Shown piece after piece: positions 31,442-41,795 of a stretch of 64,000 nucleotides of DNA. Origin of the DNA: an uncultured Verrucomicrobiae bacterium (lineage in GTDB: Bacteria > Verrucomicrobiota > Verrucomicrobiia > Chthoniobacterales > JAFAMB01); NCBI GenBank assembly GCA_963762565.1, contig CAVXLD010000012.1, positions 1 to 64,000 on the forward strand, written 5' to 3'. The translations under genes were made by a program, and so were the position numbers. The first letter of the stretch is position 1. Each line of letters begins with the position of its first letter. Under the pieces are notes generated by a model. It made no database searches. It was given only the letters and a program-made list of their open reading frames with translations, and had not been told where the DNA came from.

Positions 31442-34363
31442 TTAAAACTTCTTTTCTACTTCCACGTAGAAATACCGGCCATAAGCGTTGGCGGTCGTGG
31501 GGTCGAAGCCATAGCCGTCGTCCACAAATGGCGGATTGGTATCGAAAATATTGTTTATGCCGAAGGTTAACGTTGTGTTCGCTAGCCAATAACGGACGCC
31601 ACCGGTCGCGCCTTCCTTTTTCGGCAAAATCGCTTTTTCACCCACGATCTTTTTACCGTCTTTGGAATAACCCGGAGCGGGGGTCTGGGCGTTCACTTCT
31701 TCCGGCGCGCCGAATTTATAGGAGATTTGCCAATCCCAGGTGGTCCAGCTACCGACCCGGTGCACAAAACCGTTCGGCTGCACCGATGCTTCTGGGTCGG
31801 TACCTTTGTAGTTGTCGTTACCGTCGTGATAAGAGTCGGTGAAATTGCAGACAATACCCGTCCTGAACGTATCGATAGCAAAAACCGTTTTGCTATAGTA
31901 AATGCTGGCAACCAGCTTCAAATCAGGTAGTCCGAAACTGTCGTCTTCTAAATAGATCGGCGTTGGGGTTACCGCAATTTTACCAAACGTCGTGTTAGCG
32001 GAACTATTCTTAATGTTCTGGACCGCGTAGTTGTACTGGTAACTGGCGTTCGCTTCGATATCGAGTTTGCCCCAGCCGTATTCTTTGGTGACGTAACTGG
32101 CTCCGAAATCGATCCCATCAATAAGCACGGCGCCCAGGTTCACAAAAGGATCGTTAATATAATTGATCTCGCCATTCGGAAGACGTTGTACCAAGCCGGG
32201 GAATTGACTTTCGTCATCCAGGACCTGTTGTGGATTCAACTGGCTGATCTGGTTGTGTAAGGAGATTTGAAACCAATCGACGTAAGCCGTGAACCCGTTG
32301 GCCCATCCCCACCAGCTGTGCTCGGGATCGCTAGAGCCCGGCGTCCACACGGCTCCCGCGTAGTAACTGTATGAGGTTTCCGGTTCCAATGCCGGGTTGC
32401 CCTGGACGTGGACGAAATAGGTTTGGGTTCCAAGCTGCGGATTTTTCGGATCCACTAGAGCGGCTTCTTCGACGAACGTGCCACTGTAGAGTTCCGGAAG
32501 GCTGGGCGCGCGGTACCCTTCCGAGTAAGTAGTCCGCAACGTGAGATCGTCGAAAGGCTTGTAACGCAACAAAAACTTCGGCTTAGCCGCAGAACCGAAG
32601 TCGCTGTACTGATCGTAACGTTCTTGGAGGACGACTTCCAAAAGACGCGCACCGGGAGCCGACCATTTATTGCCCAACAGCGGAATCGTCAATTCGGCAA
32701 ACGCGCTTTCCACATAGCGCCGGGCGCTGGCGGTGCTTTGTGGGCCGCCGCTCCCGACAATGTTGCCATCTCGCGAGTTTGGGTCCGCGGTCGTTTCATA
32801 AGCGTCATCTCGATACTCGGCGCCGCCGCCGACCGTGACAGTACCGGAAGGAAGATCAAAGAGATCACCACCGGCTTTAATCGCCCAAGTACTGAGTGAG
32901 GTGCGTGCTTTTTCGTCAGCCGTCAGCCTCAGAGCATTCACGAGTGCGCCATTCGGATTTTGTACTGCGGAGAAATCGACAAACGGATTGTAGTAGGTAC
33001 CGACGAATCCAGGAAGCTGGCCATTGAGCGCCTCTTGCAAACCGGTCCGAGAGATTTGGTTATAACTGATTCTTTCTGCGTCAGTCTCTGAATACAGGTA
33101 ACTGGCATCCACAAACCAGTTATGCGGAAGTTGAATCGTGGCGCCAGTGATCGTTGTGATGGCGTCAACGGTGACAACTTGTTTTTGAGGCCCAAACTCT
33201 AGCAATGCATCGCCAATTGGTACTAACGGTTCACCCCACGGATTGTACGGATTGTTCGCCGGAATAGTGATGTTGTCGGTCTGGCTGGGACCGTAATCGG
33301 GAATTTCGCTATTCTCCTTGTTCCGTTCCAACGTCAGCTCTTCATAAAGTTTGAGCCAAGAAGTCGGTTCATAGTTGATCTTGATCAGGCCGCCGTAACG
33401 ATCTTCCCGAGGATTGATTTGGTAGTCTGCAACACTGCCGTATTCGTTCAACGGTGAGTTAGGCGCATAAAAGTTTTTCGTCGTGATGTTTGGCCCTTTG
33501 GTTCCGGGAATCACGGAGTAAGTGTTGCCGCTGTTTAAACCGAAGAAGTTGCCATACGGACTGTCGATGGTATCCCAGTCATAATAGGATCCTAAATTAG
33601 TGTGATCCAGGTTAGACGAATAACCGCGATCCGACATCATGATCGGGCTCGATTCGTAATAATCGAATGCGCCAAGGACACTGACCTTGGAGTTATCACT
33701 GAGGTGATCGACAATCCCGGAAACGACCTGTAGGTGATAGACCGAATAATCGTCCCGCTGGCTCACCCCATAGTGGAATAGGATATCCGCTCCTTCATAT
33801 TCGTCCTTGAGAATTAGGTTCACTACGCCTGCGACCGCATCGGAGCCGTAAGTGGCGCTTCCGCCGTCTTTCAGTACTTCGATCCGATCGACGGCTGCCA
33901 GCGGGTAGGAGTTAAGGTCAACAAAGCTTTCGGTGCCGTTTTGCGGAAACGGAAAGGGAGCGACCCGATGGCCATCCACCAGCGTCAACGTTTCTGCCGT
34001 ACCTAAGCCACGGAGATTGACATTGGATGCCGCCGGCGAAAAGCTTTGCCCGGCGTTAAGCGCGGGCGAGAAGCTGCTGAGGTTCTGCGGCAGCCGTTGC
34101 AGGACATCTGAGACGGTCTGGTCTCCTTGGTCTTTAAAGAACTGTTGGTCCAGAGTGACGATCGGCTGAGGACCATCTCCGATTCGCGGCACCAAGTAAC
34201 CGGTCACGGTCACTTGTTGTAACTCACTACTTTGCGGAGCAGCACTCTGGTCACTGGCGGGCGTGGGAGACGGGTTATTTTGTTGGGCTTGTGTGGTCCC
34301 CGCAACAGACAACAGGGCGGCAGCGATCGCGAAAGCGATTCGCCGGATGTTATAGCTTTTCAA
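31442..34363 (-). CDS. TonB-dependent receptor
   Basis: Signal peptide, VTVTG TonB box, plug motifs (NLRGLG, TLTLVDG, RIEVLKDGGSATYGSDAVAGVVN) and C-terminal GRYFYVEVEKKF. Confidence 0.95.
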   Translation of the reverse strand: MKSYNIRRIAFAIAAALLSVAGTTQAQQNNPSPTPASDQSAAPQSSELQQVTVTGYLVPRIGDGPQPIVTLDQQFFKDQGDQTVSDVLQRLPQNLSSFSPALNAGQSFSPAASNVNLRGLGTAETLTLVDGHRVAPFPFPQNGTESFVDLNSYPLAAVDRIEVLKDGGSATYGSDAVAGVVNLILKDEYEGADILFHYGVSQRDDYSVYHLQVVSGIVDHLSDNSKVSVLGAFDYYESSPIMMSDRGYSSNLDHTNLGSYYDWDTIDSPYGNFFGLNSGNTYSVIPGTKGPNITTKNFYAPNSPLNEYGSVADYQINPREDRYGGLIKINYEPTSWLKLYEELTLERNKENSEIPDYGPSQTDNITIPANNPYNPWGEPLVPIGDALLEFGPQKQVVTVDAITTITGATIQLPHNWFVDASYLYSETDAERISYNQISRTGLQEALNGQLPGFVGTYYNPFVDFSAVQNPNGALVNALRLTADEKARTSLSTWAIKAGGDLFDLPSGTVTVGGGAEYRDDAYETTADPNSRDGNIVGSGGPQSTASARRYVESAFAELTIPLLGNKWSAPGARLLEVVLQERYDQYSDFGSAAKPKFLLRYKPFDDLTLRTTYSEGYRAPSLPELYSGTFVEEAALVDPKNPQLGTQTYFVHVQGNPALEPETSYSYYAGAVWTPGSSDPEHSWWGWANGFTAYVDWFQISLHNQISQLNPQQVLDDESQFPGLVQRLPNGEINYINDPFVNLGAVLIDGIDFGASYVTKEYGWGKLDIEANASYQYNYAVQNIKNSSANTTFGKIAVTPTPIYLEDDSFGLPDLKLVASIYYSKTVFAIDTFRTGIVCNFTDSYHDGNDNYKGTDPEASVQPNGFVHRVGSWTTWDWQISYKFGAPEEVNAQTPAPGYSKDGKKIVGEKAILPKKEGATGGVRYWLANTTLTFGINNIFDTNPPFVDDGYGFDPTTANAYGRYFYVEVEKKF

Positions 34364-34479
34364 TCAGATCTCCTTGGTTGGAACAAAGTCCGTTTTTGTT
34401 GGTTAAGGTGGCTAAATGGAGGCCCGCAGCTGAGAGTTACCGGGTCTTCCGCTGCGGGAAACGGAAATCGTTATAAATA

Positions 34480-34498
34480 ACTGGACTAATTGTCCAGT
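34480..34498. promoter_or_regulatory. Putative operator upstream of the TonB-dependent receptor
   Basis: Perfect dyad ACTGGAC-TAATT-GTCCAGT about 117 bp upstream of the start. Confidence 0.45.
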
Positions 34499-35140
34499 CA
34501 TCTAGGGATATGACGGCGGATTTGAACACTTTTTTTCTGGGTTGGTGACCTCAGACAGACCGGTTTTCAGGAGGCGATTTCCATCGTATGTTCAAGTTAA
34601 GGCTACTGATTCAGTAGGGAAGAAATAGGCCCGCGTCAAGTCCCTGTTGAGAGCAGCTAGATAAGTGACTAATCACCATCGAGAAATAGGGTTTGCGTTC
34701 TTAAGTTAAATTGCCGCATCGAATACTGCTGTAATCAAGGGTACGACGAACGCATCAAACCGATTGGGACATCTAAATTCGGTCTAGCAGATCGATTGAA
34801 ACGCAGTTTGATAGAGCCGCGACTTGTCCGATGTAGCTAAAGGGGGAGATGGGGCGAAGTCGGAAGCGCCGGGAGGGATTGCGTCCTCGCGATCCGTCGT
34901 GACCGAAACCGGGGACGTGTTTTGATCCCGGAAGAAAATACGCCGCTGGGTGGTGGTACGCCCTCGCGGCGCGCGAGGACGCGCTCCCTCCCCGAATCCC
35001 GGCCCGCCAACGCGGGGTTGGAGATGCTTTTTCAGTGCGGTTTCGCTGCCCGACTAACCCACGGCGGAAGCCCTGCGCTATTATGTATAGCCGCTTCGCG
35101 GCAAAATCCGACACACACCCAAGCCGAGAATCCTGCGCAT

Positions 35141-35975
35141 TTAAGTCAGCTCGACGCCGCTGAAGCGCAGAGCACGCGCGTCGCGAGCGACGATATTGTT
35201 CATCTCCTTGCTCAAGCAAATCGCGGTCATCGACGCCGCGCAGCAATCTTCCCGCAAGCGCATCAAAACGCCCCGCGGCAATATCGGCGATCAATGCGGC
35301 AGCGCGCGTGGGCGGGATGTTCACCCCGTCGTCAAAGAGTTGCTGAAGCTCAGGCAAATAGGTTTTACCTGCTTCGGAGAAAAGCTGCAGCTCGGTCATC
35401 GACGTACGCACCAGACCCGGATCGACCGCGAAAGCCAGCACCCCGCGATCTTTGGTCGTATCGTTGAGACATTCAGTAAAGCGCATGATCGCCGCTTTGC
35501 TGGACGCATAACCCGATCCGTGCGGAAAGCTGTTACCGGTGCCACCGCCGACTAGGTTGACGATTCGGCCCTTACCGCGAACGACCATTGTCGGCGCAAC
35601 CGCGCGACAGGTGTGGAATGTGCCACGTAGATTGATCTCTACATCCTGCCACCAGATATCGGGATCGCATTCCCAAATTGGGCCGAAGGCTCGGAAAGAG
35701 CCATGGTTATTGACGAGCAAGTCAATTGCACCCAGTTCCGCCACCACCCGGCCGAGCGCATTCTCGACAGCGAGACGATCGACAAGATCTACGGGAATAG
35801 CGATCGCTGACCCGCCTTCGCCGGCGATGAGCGAAGCCGTCTCTTCAATTTCGTGTGCCGTTCGCGCCAACACAGCGACCTTAGCGCCACGCTGCGCTTG
35901 ATGAAGCGCGATCTCGCGCCCGATCCCCCGCCCAGCTCCCGTGACCACCGCAACCGTGCCTTTTAGATCAATCAT
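35141..35975 (-). CDS. SDR family oxidoreductase (C-terminal frameshift near 35210)
   Basis: TGAGRGIG, LLVNNHG, YASSK. A plausible end EMNNIVARDARALRFSGVELT* lies in another frame, stopping at 35141. Confidence 0.85.
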
Positions 35976-36149
35976 GAAAATCTCCTTCGCAATTCTGTTC
36001 TAGACATATTCCAGGATATGCCGGCGAAGAAAAGCTCTGCCTGAACTCCCTTCTAGATAGCGCGCTAAATGACGGGCGCGATCTTCAGAAGGAATGCTGA
36101 AGATCGCTGCAAAACGTCACGGATATTTTAAGGGGCTACGCCTGGCCGG

Positions 36150-38690
36150 CTACGGCGCCGTCACCGTGAACACGACGCCGCCAACGCCATGCCCCCCAGA
36201 AAAGGTCGTGCCATAGAGGTTGCCGCTCGGATCCTGGATTAAGGCCCCGTTGGGACCAACGCCGCCCCGGTCGTACAGCACGTTGAAGCTGTGGAGCACA
36301 GTGACGTTCCAGACCGTCCCGCTTAGGGGTGCGGTCAGCTTGAATACTGCGCCCCAGTTGAATGCGCCGCCTTGCGGTGTCACGCCATAAAAGCCGTCAG
36401 TGCCCGCGAGCAGACCGACATTGGGATCAAATCCGTCAGTGCCGTTGAAGCTGTGAAGCAAAACCTCGATCCAAGCCGCCCGCGCACCGTCCGGCGGGAT
36501 AAGTTTGAAGACCGTGCCGTCACCGTAAAGGCCGCCTTGGCTTGTCGTGCCATACAGCGCGCCGGAGGCATCAGCAACCAATTGCTCCGCTCCGGGAATG
36601 GCTCCGTCGTTGCCGTTAATATCGTTGAAGCTGTAGAGCACGGTCTCCGTCCATTGGCCGCCCGGATTGGCCGGCGGCGTCAGCTCGAAGACCGTACCTT
36701 CACCCGCCGATCCGCCGACATAGGTCGTGCCGTAAAGCTCGCCGTTCTTGCCAAGCAGGAATGATCCGTGCGGGGCGGAACCGTCCGGACCCGAGAAGCG
36801 ATAAATGATGGTCGCGGTCCAGGCATCCTGGCCCTTTACCGGAGGAGTCAACTTGAACACGGTGCCATTGCCCTCCTGGTCGTTGCTGGTTGCGATCCCG
36901 CCCTGGCTTGTCGTGCCGTAGAGCGCGCCGCTCGTATCGGCAATCAAGCCACCTTGCGGAAAGGCGCCGTCGGAATTAGCCACGCCAGTGAAGGGGTAGA
37001 GAATTTTCTCGGTCCAAGCCTCGTGGCCGTCGCTCGGAGGCGTCAACACATAGACCGTGCCGTAGCCGCCGATAGCGCCGCCGAACGGTCCGCCGGCAGT
37101 GGTCACGCCATAGAGCGCGCCGTCGTTGCCTTCCACCATCGGGCCGGTGGCCTGGGAGCCGTTCGCGCCGTTGAAGCTGTGGATCACCGTCTCATGCCAA
37201 GCGGTTTCACCGGCTGCGGGCGGGGTTAGTTTGAAGATCGCGCCGTGATTGTGGGTGCCGCCGCTGCTCGTGCCGCCAAAAAGCGTGCCGTCACTTCCCC
37301 TCAGCAATGCGCCGGCCGGATACTCCGCATCGTTCCTGGTGTCGGGAAACCGGTACAGTATTTTGTAGCCCCAAGCGGAGGCACCTTCTCTCGGCTGCGT
37401 CAGCTTGAAGACGATCCCGCCGTTGCCGTCCTGGGTACCCCCGTCATAGGTCGTGCCGATGAGCGTGCCGCCCCCGTTGAGGACCAACCCGATCGGGTTG
37501 GCGCCGTTCGTCCCGTCGAAGTTAACCAGAGTCGCCTCAGTCCACGCCGACTGCCCTGGCGCCGGCGGAGTCAGCGCGAACACCGTGCCGTAGCCGTTGC
37601 TGTTGAAATTGTTGGTCCCGTACACCGTCCCATCGGAACCGAGGACGGGGGTGTTGTCTGGCGAGCCGCCATCGGCGCCGCCGGTGAAGCTGTAGAGCAC
37701 GTTCTCCGACCACGCGGTCTGACCCGCGACCGGCGGTGTGAGCGAAAAGATCGTTCCCCAACCGGATGTTCCGCCGGCGAAGGTCACGCCATAGAGGATT
37801 CCATTTCCATCGCGTACTAGTCCGCCATTCGGGAAGCTCCCGTTCGGAGCCCCGGCAAAATTGTATAGTATGGTCTCGCTCCAGGCTCCCCCACCGTTTG
37901 CGGGCGCTGTCAGACGATAGACCGTTCCGGCGCCGTTCGTGCCGCCAGCCGATGTCATGCCGTAGATTGTTCCTGTGTCGTCGCGGACCAGGCCGTTCGT
38001 CGGGCTAACGCCGTCCGGGTTGCCGTGGAAGGTGTACAGCACAGCCTCGGCCCACTCTTTCTGGCCGGCAGCCGGTGGAGTCAGGCTGAACACCACGCCG
38101 GCGTTGGCCGATCCGCCACCGACGGTCGAACCATAAAGAATGCCGTTCCCATCGGCGATCAGCGTGCCGTAGGGCGCGATCCCGTCGCTGCCGCCCTCGA
38201 AGTTGTAGAGGATGGTCTCAGTCCAGTTCCCCTGCCCTGAAGCAGGCGGGGTCAACATGAAGACCACGCCATAGCCGGCAGTGCCGCCATTTCCAGTAAC
38301 ACCATAGAGAACGCCATCCTTGCCCAGCATGAGTCCGGAGGAAGGCGTAGAACCGTCGGGCGGACCGGTGAATGTATGGATGACTTTCTGGCTCCAGCCC
38401 GACTGCCCGGCCGCCGGCGGGATCAGCTCGAAGACCGTCCCGTTCCCTGAGGCGCCACCAACATCGGTCGTTCCGTAGTAGACGCCGTTGAGGCCGGGGG
38501 TCAGTGCTGCCTGCGGCTGATCGCCGGTGCGGATGACATTGAAATTGTACAGAACAGATTCGATGGGGGCGGCCGGTGCGGTCTGTGCCCCTACGGTGAT
38601 CGTTAACAGACAGCTCGCATAGGCGAGACGGAGAAACGAACTCGGCACGGTGGGGAAACCCCGGAATCGAAGACAACGGACGCTCTTCAT
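36150..38690 (-). CDS. Secreted Gloeo/Verruco (GloVer) tandem-repeat protein, probable beta-propeller
   Basis: About 13 repeats of P.g.L...dG.LYGTT..GG...GTVF.LTPP.....W.E.vLYsF after a signal-like N-terminus. Confidence 0.88.
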   Translation of the reverse strand: MKSVRCLRFRGFPTVPSSFLRLAYASCLLTITVGAQTAPAAPIESVLYNFNVIRTGDQPQAALTPGLNGVYYGTTDVGGASGNGTVFELIPPAAGQSGWSQKVIHTFTGPPDGSTPSSGLMLGKDGVLYGVTGNGGTAGYGVVFMLTPPASGQGNWTETILYNFEGGSDGIAPYGTLIADGNGILYGSTVGGGSANAGVVFSLTPPAAGQKEWAEAVLYTFHGNPDGVSPTNGLVRDDTGTIYGMTSAGGTNGAGTVYRLTAPANGGGAWSETILYNFAGAPNGSFPNGGLVRDGNGILYGVTFAGGTSGWGTIFSLTPPVAGQTAWSENVLYSFTGGADGGSPDNTPVLGSDGTVYGTNNFNSNGYGTVFALTPPAPGQSAWTEATLVNFDGTNGANPIGLVLNGGGTLIGTTYDGGTQDGNGGIVFKLTQPREGASAWGYKILYRFPDTRNDAEYPAGALLRGSDGTLFGGTSSGGTHNHGAIFKLTPPAAGETAWHETVIHSFNGANGSQATGPMVEGNDGALYGVTTAGGPFGGAIGGYGTVYVLTPPSDGHEAWTEKILYPFTGVANSDGAFPQGGLIADTSGALYGTTSQGGIATSNDQEGNGTVFKLTPPVKGQDAWTATIIYRFSGPDGSAPHGSFLLGKNGELYGTTYVGGSAGEGTVFELTPPANPGGQWTETVLYSFNDINGNDGAIPGAEQLVADASGALYGTTSQGGLYGDGTVFKLIPPDGARAAWIEVLLHSFNGTDGFDPNVGLLAGTDGFYGVTPQGGAFNWGAVFKLTAPLSGTVWNVTVLHSFNVLYDRGGVGPNGALIQDPSGNLYGTTFSGGHGVGGVVFTVTAP

Positions 38691-38859
38691 AGGTAGTAGT
38701 GTGTTTTCCTCTCCAGCTTTTGGTGCGCCAGCCGCGAAATAGCAACGCCGGGCTCCATAGAGTCCTATTCCCGGAAAAAAACCAGGAAGTTGCGCGACTT
38801 TTTTCGACTACCGTAAAAAAAGACCGTGAAAGGTGAAAAAGAAGGGCGCTGTAAAACTG

Positions 38860-39065
38860 AATTTCACAGAAGATCACAGAGGCCGCAAAGACCAGACACT
38901 TTGAACAGAAGGAAAGGGAGGCAACAGAGGTAGCAGATCAATTACTGGGTAAAGCCTCATTCCAAGGAACCCTCCGTTACCTCCGTTACCTCTGTTACCT
39001 CCTGTTTAAAATCAGTCTTTGTGGCCTATCAGTCTTTGTGTCCTTTGTGACCCTTGTTGTGGAAA
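38860..39065. repeat. Nested palindromic cassettes of 9-mer tandem repeats
   Basis: cacagaagatcacagagg / ctttgtgtcctttgtgac encloses aacagaagg..gcaacagagg / cctccgttacctctgttacctcctgtt. Relatives at ~12367-12465 and ~13053-13112. Confidence 0.65.
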
Positions 39066-39096
39066 TTCCCGTTTGGCTACTCCTTTGGGTGCTACC

Positions 39097-39125
39097 TTGC
39101 GTGCCCAACTTAAAATGCGTATGCT
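39097..39125 (+). promoter_or_regulatory. Putative sigma70 promoter of ssrA
   Basis: TTGCGT-17 bp-TATGCT just upstream of the tmRNA. Confidence 0.55.
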
Positions 39126-39141
39126 GTTTTTCTCCTTAAAT

Positions 39142-39490
39142 GGGGGCGTACTGGTTTCGACTGAAGGTCTGATAACCGGATCGCATGCCGAGGACGACTC
39201 GTTGGCCTCGTTAAAAATCGAGTCAAAAAAAATAAACGCCAACCAAGAACTGGCTCTCGCGGCTTAATTGACCGTGACGTTCCCGACCGGACGCCTGCTA
39301 AGGCCGGGAGCGACGACAGCAGGCTGGTCCGAAGGCGGGGCGACCGCGCTGGAGGACGAGAATTATTTCGTGGCCGCAAAGGTGAGTCGTATGCGCCGGT
39401 CCATCTGGCTCACCTTATAAAGACCGGCTAAGCATGTAGACATTCGGAATGATGGTCTTTAGGACAGGGGTTCGACTCCCCTCGCCTCCA
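39142..39490 (+). ncRNA. ssrA: tmRNA; tag peptide ANQELALAA at 39238-39267
   Basis: GGGGGCG 5' end pairs with CGCCTCC-A including the G3-U70 alanine wobble. T-arm GGGGTTCGACTCCCC. Tag frame ends LAA*. CCA is not encoded. Confidence 0.96.
39464..39490 (+). repeat. attL core
   Basis: acaggggttcgactcccctcgcctcca, identical to 58026-58052. Confidence 0.92.
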
Positions 39491-39960
39491 AATTGCTCAG
39501 CGTAAGTAACTTACGTCGAAGATAAGACCTGAGTAATAACAAAACCAATAACAAGTCCGGCCTCGTCCATTCTCATCCGCACACGCAGTCCAGCTGCACG
39601 CGGAGATGCATATTACAATTCCGACATGGTGCGGGGGTCCGAGGCGGATTATGTAAGGCAAGACTCGTTTGGCCTTACACAAAGTCGCTTGAAGCTATTT
39701 CGCTTTACACAAAGTGGGGCGTTTCTCCGCCCGACTTTCCGCCTCCCGCCCTTAGCTCACGTTTTGGTTTTGATTCTTGAGAGCGAGGAACGAGCGAGCA
39801 AGTAATCAAAAACAAAATACGGTGACCTTTCAGTGCGAAGCGGAAGCGAGCTCAAGCTCAAAACGGAATAAATGGGGGCAGCCCGTAGGGGGAACCGTTT
39901 ATGCCGGATTTGAGCGTTGAACTCGCTGGAACGGAGCGCTACGGCTGCGCTCCAACGCAG

Positions 39961-39991
39961 CACAAACAGCGCAAAGATTGCGCTATTCGTG
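39961..39991. promoter_or_regulatory. Putative AbiEi autoregulatory inverted repeat
   Basis: cacaaacagcgcaa-aga-ttgcgctattcgtg, 40 bp upstream of the abiEi ATG. Confidence 0.5.
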
Positions 39992-40030
39992 TTGATGAGG
40001 GGTTTTTCCGCGATAAAATATATTCTGAGC

Positions 40031-40633
40031 ATGAAACGGTCTTCCAAAGACTCCGAAGCCAGACTTTTCGCCGTGGCGGAAACTCAAGGCGGCTTTTTCA
40101 CCGCCAAACAAGCTGAGGATGCGGGTTTCGATCGGACGCATCACGCTTATCACGTGCGGACGGGAAATTGGCTAAGGGAACACCGTGGTGTTTATCGCCT
40201 GACTCGGTTTCCCATGCCCGAACGTCCAGATCTAATCCTTTGGTCTCTTTGGTCTAGAAACCGGGATGATCAGGCTCAGGGTATTTACTCTCATCAAACG
40301 GCACTCAGCATTTACGATCTTTCCGATGTCATGCCGGCTAAATTGCACATGACGGTTCCTCGCAGCTTTCGCCGCAACGCGGAAATTCCCCCCATTCTGA
40401 TTCTCCACTACGATGACATTTCCGCCGACGAAGTAGAGGAACGAGAGGGGTACCGGGTGACTTCTCCGATCCGGACCCTCGTGGATGTCCGGCACGAGGT
40501 TTCCGACGAACTATTTTCACAAGCATTCAATGAGGCGAAAACACGCGGACTAATCACTGGCGCGGACGTCGAGCGTTACCGTGATAAACTGCCAGGTCTT
40601 GTTTCGGGCCGTAAACGTCTCAGAGCCGCGTGA
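40031..40633 (+). CDS. abiEi: Type IV TA antitoxin, AbiEi family
   Basis: AETQGGFFTAKQA, HRGVYRL, SHQTALSIY, LHMTVP and VTSPIRTLVD motifs. Overlaps the toxin start (GTGA). Confidence 0.88.
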   Translation: MKRSSKDSEARLFAVAETQGGFFTAKQAEDAGFDRTHHAYHVRTGNWLREHRGVYRLTRFPMPERPDLILWSLWSRNRDDQAQGIYSHQTALSIYDLSDVMPAKLHMTVPRSFRRNAEIPPILILHYDDISADEVEEREGYRVTSPIRTLVDVRHEVSDELFSQAFNEAKTRGLITGADVERYRDKLPGLVSGRKRLRAA

Positions 40634-41478
40634 AGGATCACCCTCGTCAATACGCCACGGCAGCTGCCTTTCGGGTAGCCCTGGAAACGCGGCTCAAATC
40701 AATAGCAACGGCCGAAGGCGTTGATTTGCAACGTCTGCGACGCCAGGTCTCCTTTGACCGTTTGCTTGCTCGCTTCTTTGAGAAACGCAATGCACCGTGG
40801 CTACTAAAGGGCGGCTATGCGATGGAATTGCGTCTCCGGACGGCGCGTACAACGAAGGATATTGACATTTCTCTGCCCGCTAACGCGGCCGCTGGACTTG
40901 GCGACGAAATCCTGGTGGAGTTGCAGCGAAGCGCACATGCCGACTTGGGAGACTTTTTTGCGTTCACGATTGCTGAGCCGCAAATGAATCTCGATTCTGC
41001 TCCCCAGGGCGGAGCACGGTACCAGGTGACAACCAGGGTTGCGGGCCGCCTTTTCACGAGATTTCAGCTGGATATCGGAATCGGCGACGCGGTTGTACCG
41101 CCAACAGAACTGATCGAAGGACGCGACTGGCTGGGTTTTGCCGGTATCGCTCCCGGAAGATTCATGGCGATTTCCAAGGAGCAGCAATTTGCCGAGAAAC
41201 TCCACGCTTACACTGTGCCGAGGGCTGATGCGCCGAACAGCCGGGTGAAAGATCTAGTAGATATGATCCTGCTGATTCAGATGGAGACAATGGACAGAGC
41301 CATTCTCGAGCAGGCAATTCAAACCACGTTTGAATTGCGCGGGACGCATGCTGTTCCTTCTATTTTACCGAAACCACCGGAATCGTGGATATCGCCATTT
41401 GATACCATGACGAAAGAATGCGGCCTCGAATTGACGTTGGCTGACGCCGTTCGGATCCTCACAACCTATCTTCACTGA
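40630..41478 (+). CDS. abiEii: Type IV TA toxin, AbiEii nucleotidyltransferase
   Basis: LLKGGYAM, RTTKDID, AEKLHA and RVKDLVD motifs. Confidence 0.92.
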   Translation: MKDHPRQYATAAAFRVALETRLKSIATAEGVDLQRLRRQVSFDRLLARFFEKRNAPWLLKGGYAMELRLRTARTTKDIDISLPANAAAGLGDEILVELQRSAHADLGDFFAFTIAEPQMNLDSAPQGGARYQVTTRVAGRLFTRFQLDIGIGDAVVPPTELIEGRDWLGFAGIAPGRFMAISKEQQFAEKLHAYTVPRADAPNSRVKDLVDMILLIQMETMDRAILEQAIQTTFELRGTHAVPSILPKPPESWISPFDTMTKECGLELTLADAVRILTTYLH

Positions 41479-41795
41479 TAGTCGTGAACGCCAGAAAACG
41501 ATTTATCCATTTTAGGTGCTGCTCGATCAAATAGAGAGTGGTCGCTAACAGACTGTATTCCGTTCGTTGTAATGAAGGAGCTCGGCATCGATGATAGCTC
41601 AGCCTAGCGATCGCCATTTTGAGCAGGCCGGCTTTCGAATTCCGCTAAAAGACTAACTTTTTTCGTTTGACAGCTTTTCCGTCTCATTTGCTGCTAAACG
41701 GGTAGTTCACAAGAACTCACCAATACACATATCCGCTCTTTGAAGGTCGGAAAAACCTCCAAAACTGGCGCCAGGCGGTTTGCTATCTTGGGCTC

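Noticed and set aside
34773..35140. C-terminal extension of the 400-aa SDR ORF
   Set aside because: Read-through after a frameshift into REP sequence.
39632..39660. dif-like Xer site
   Set aside because: ttatgtaagg resembles a XerD arm, but there is no XerC-like arm at the correct spacing.
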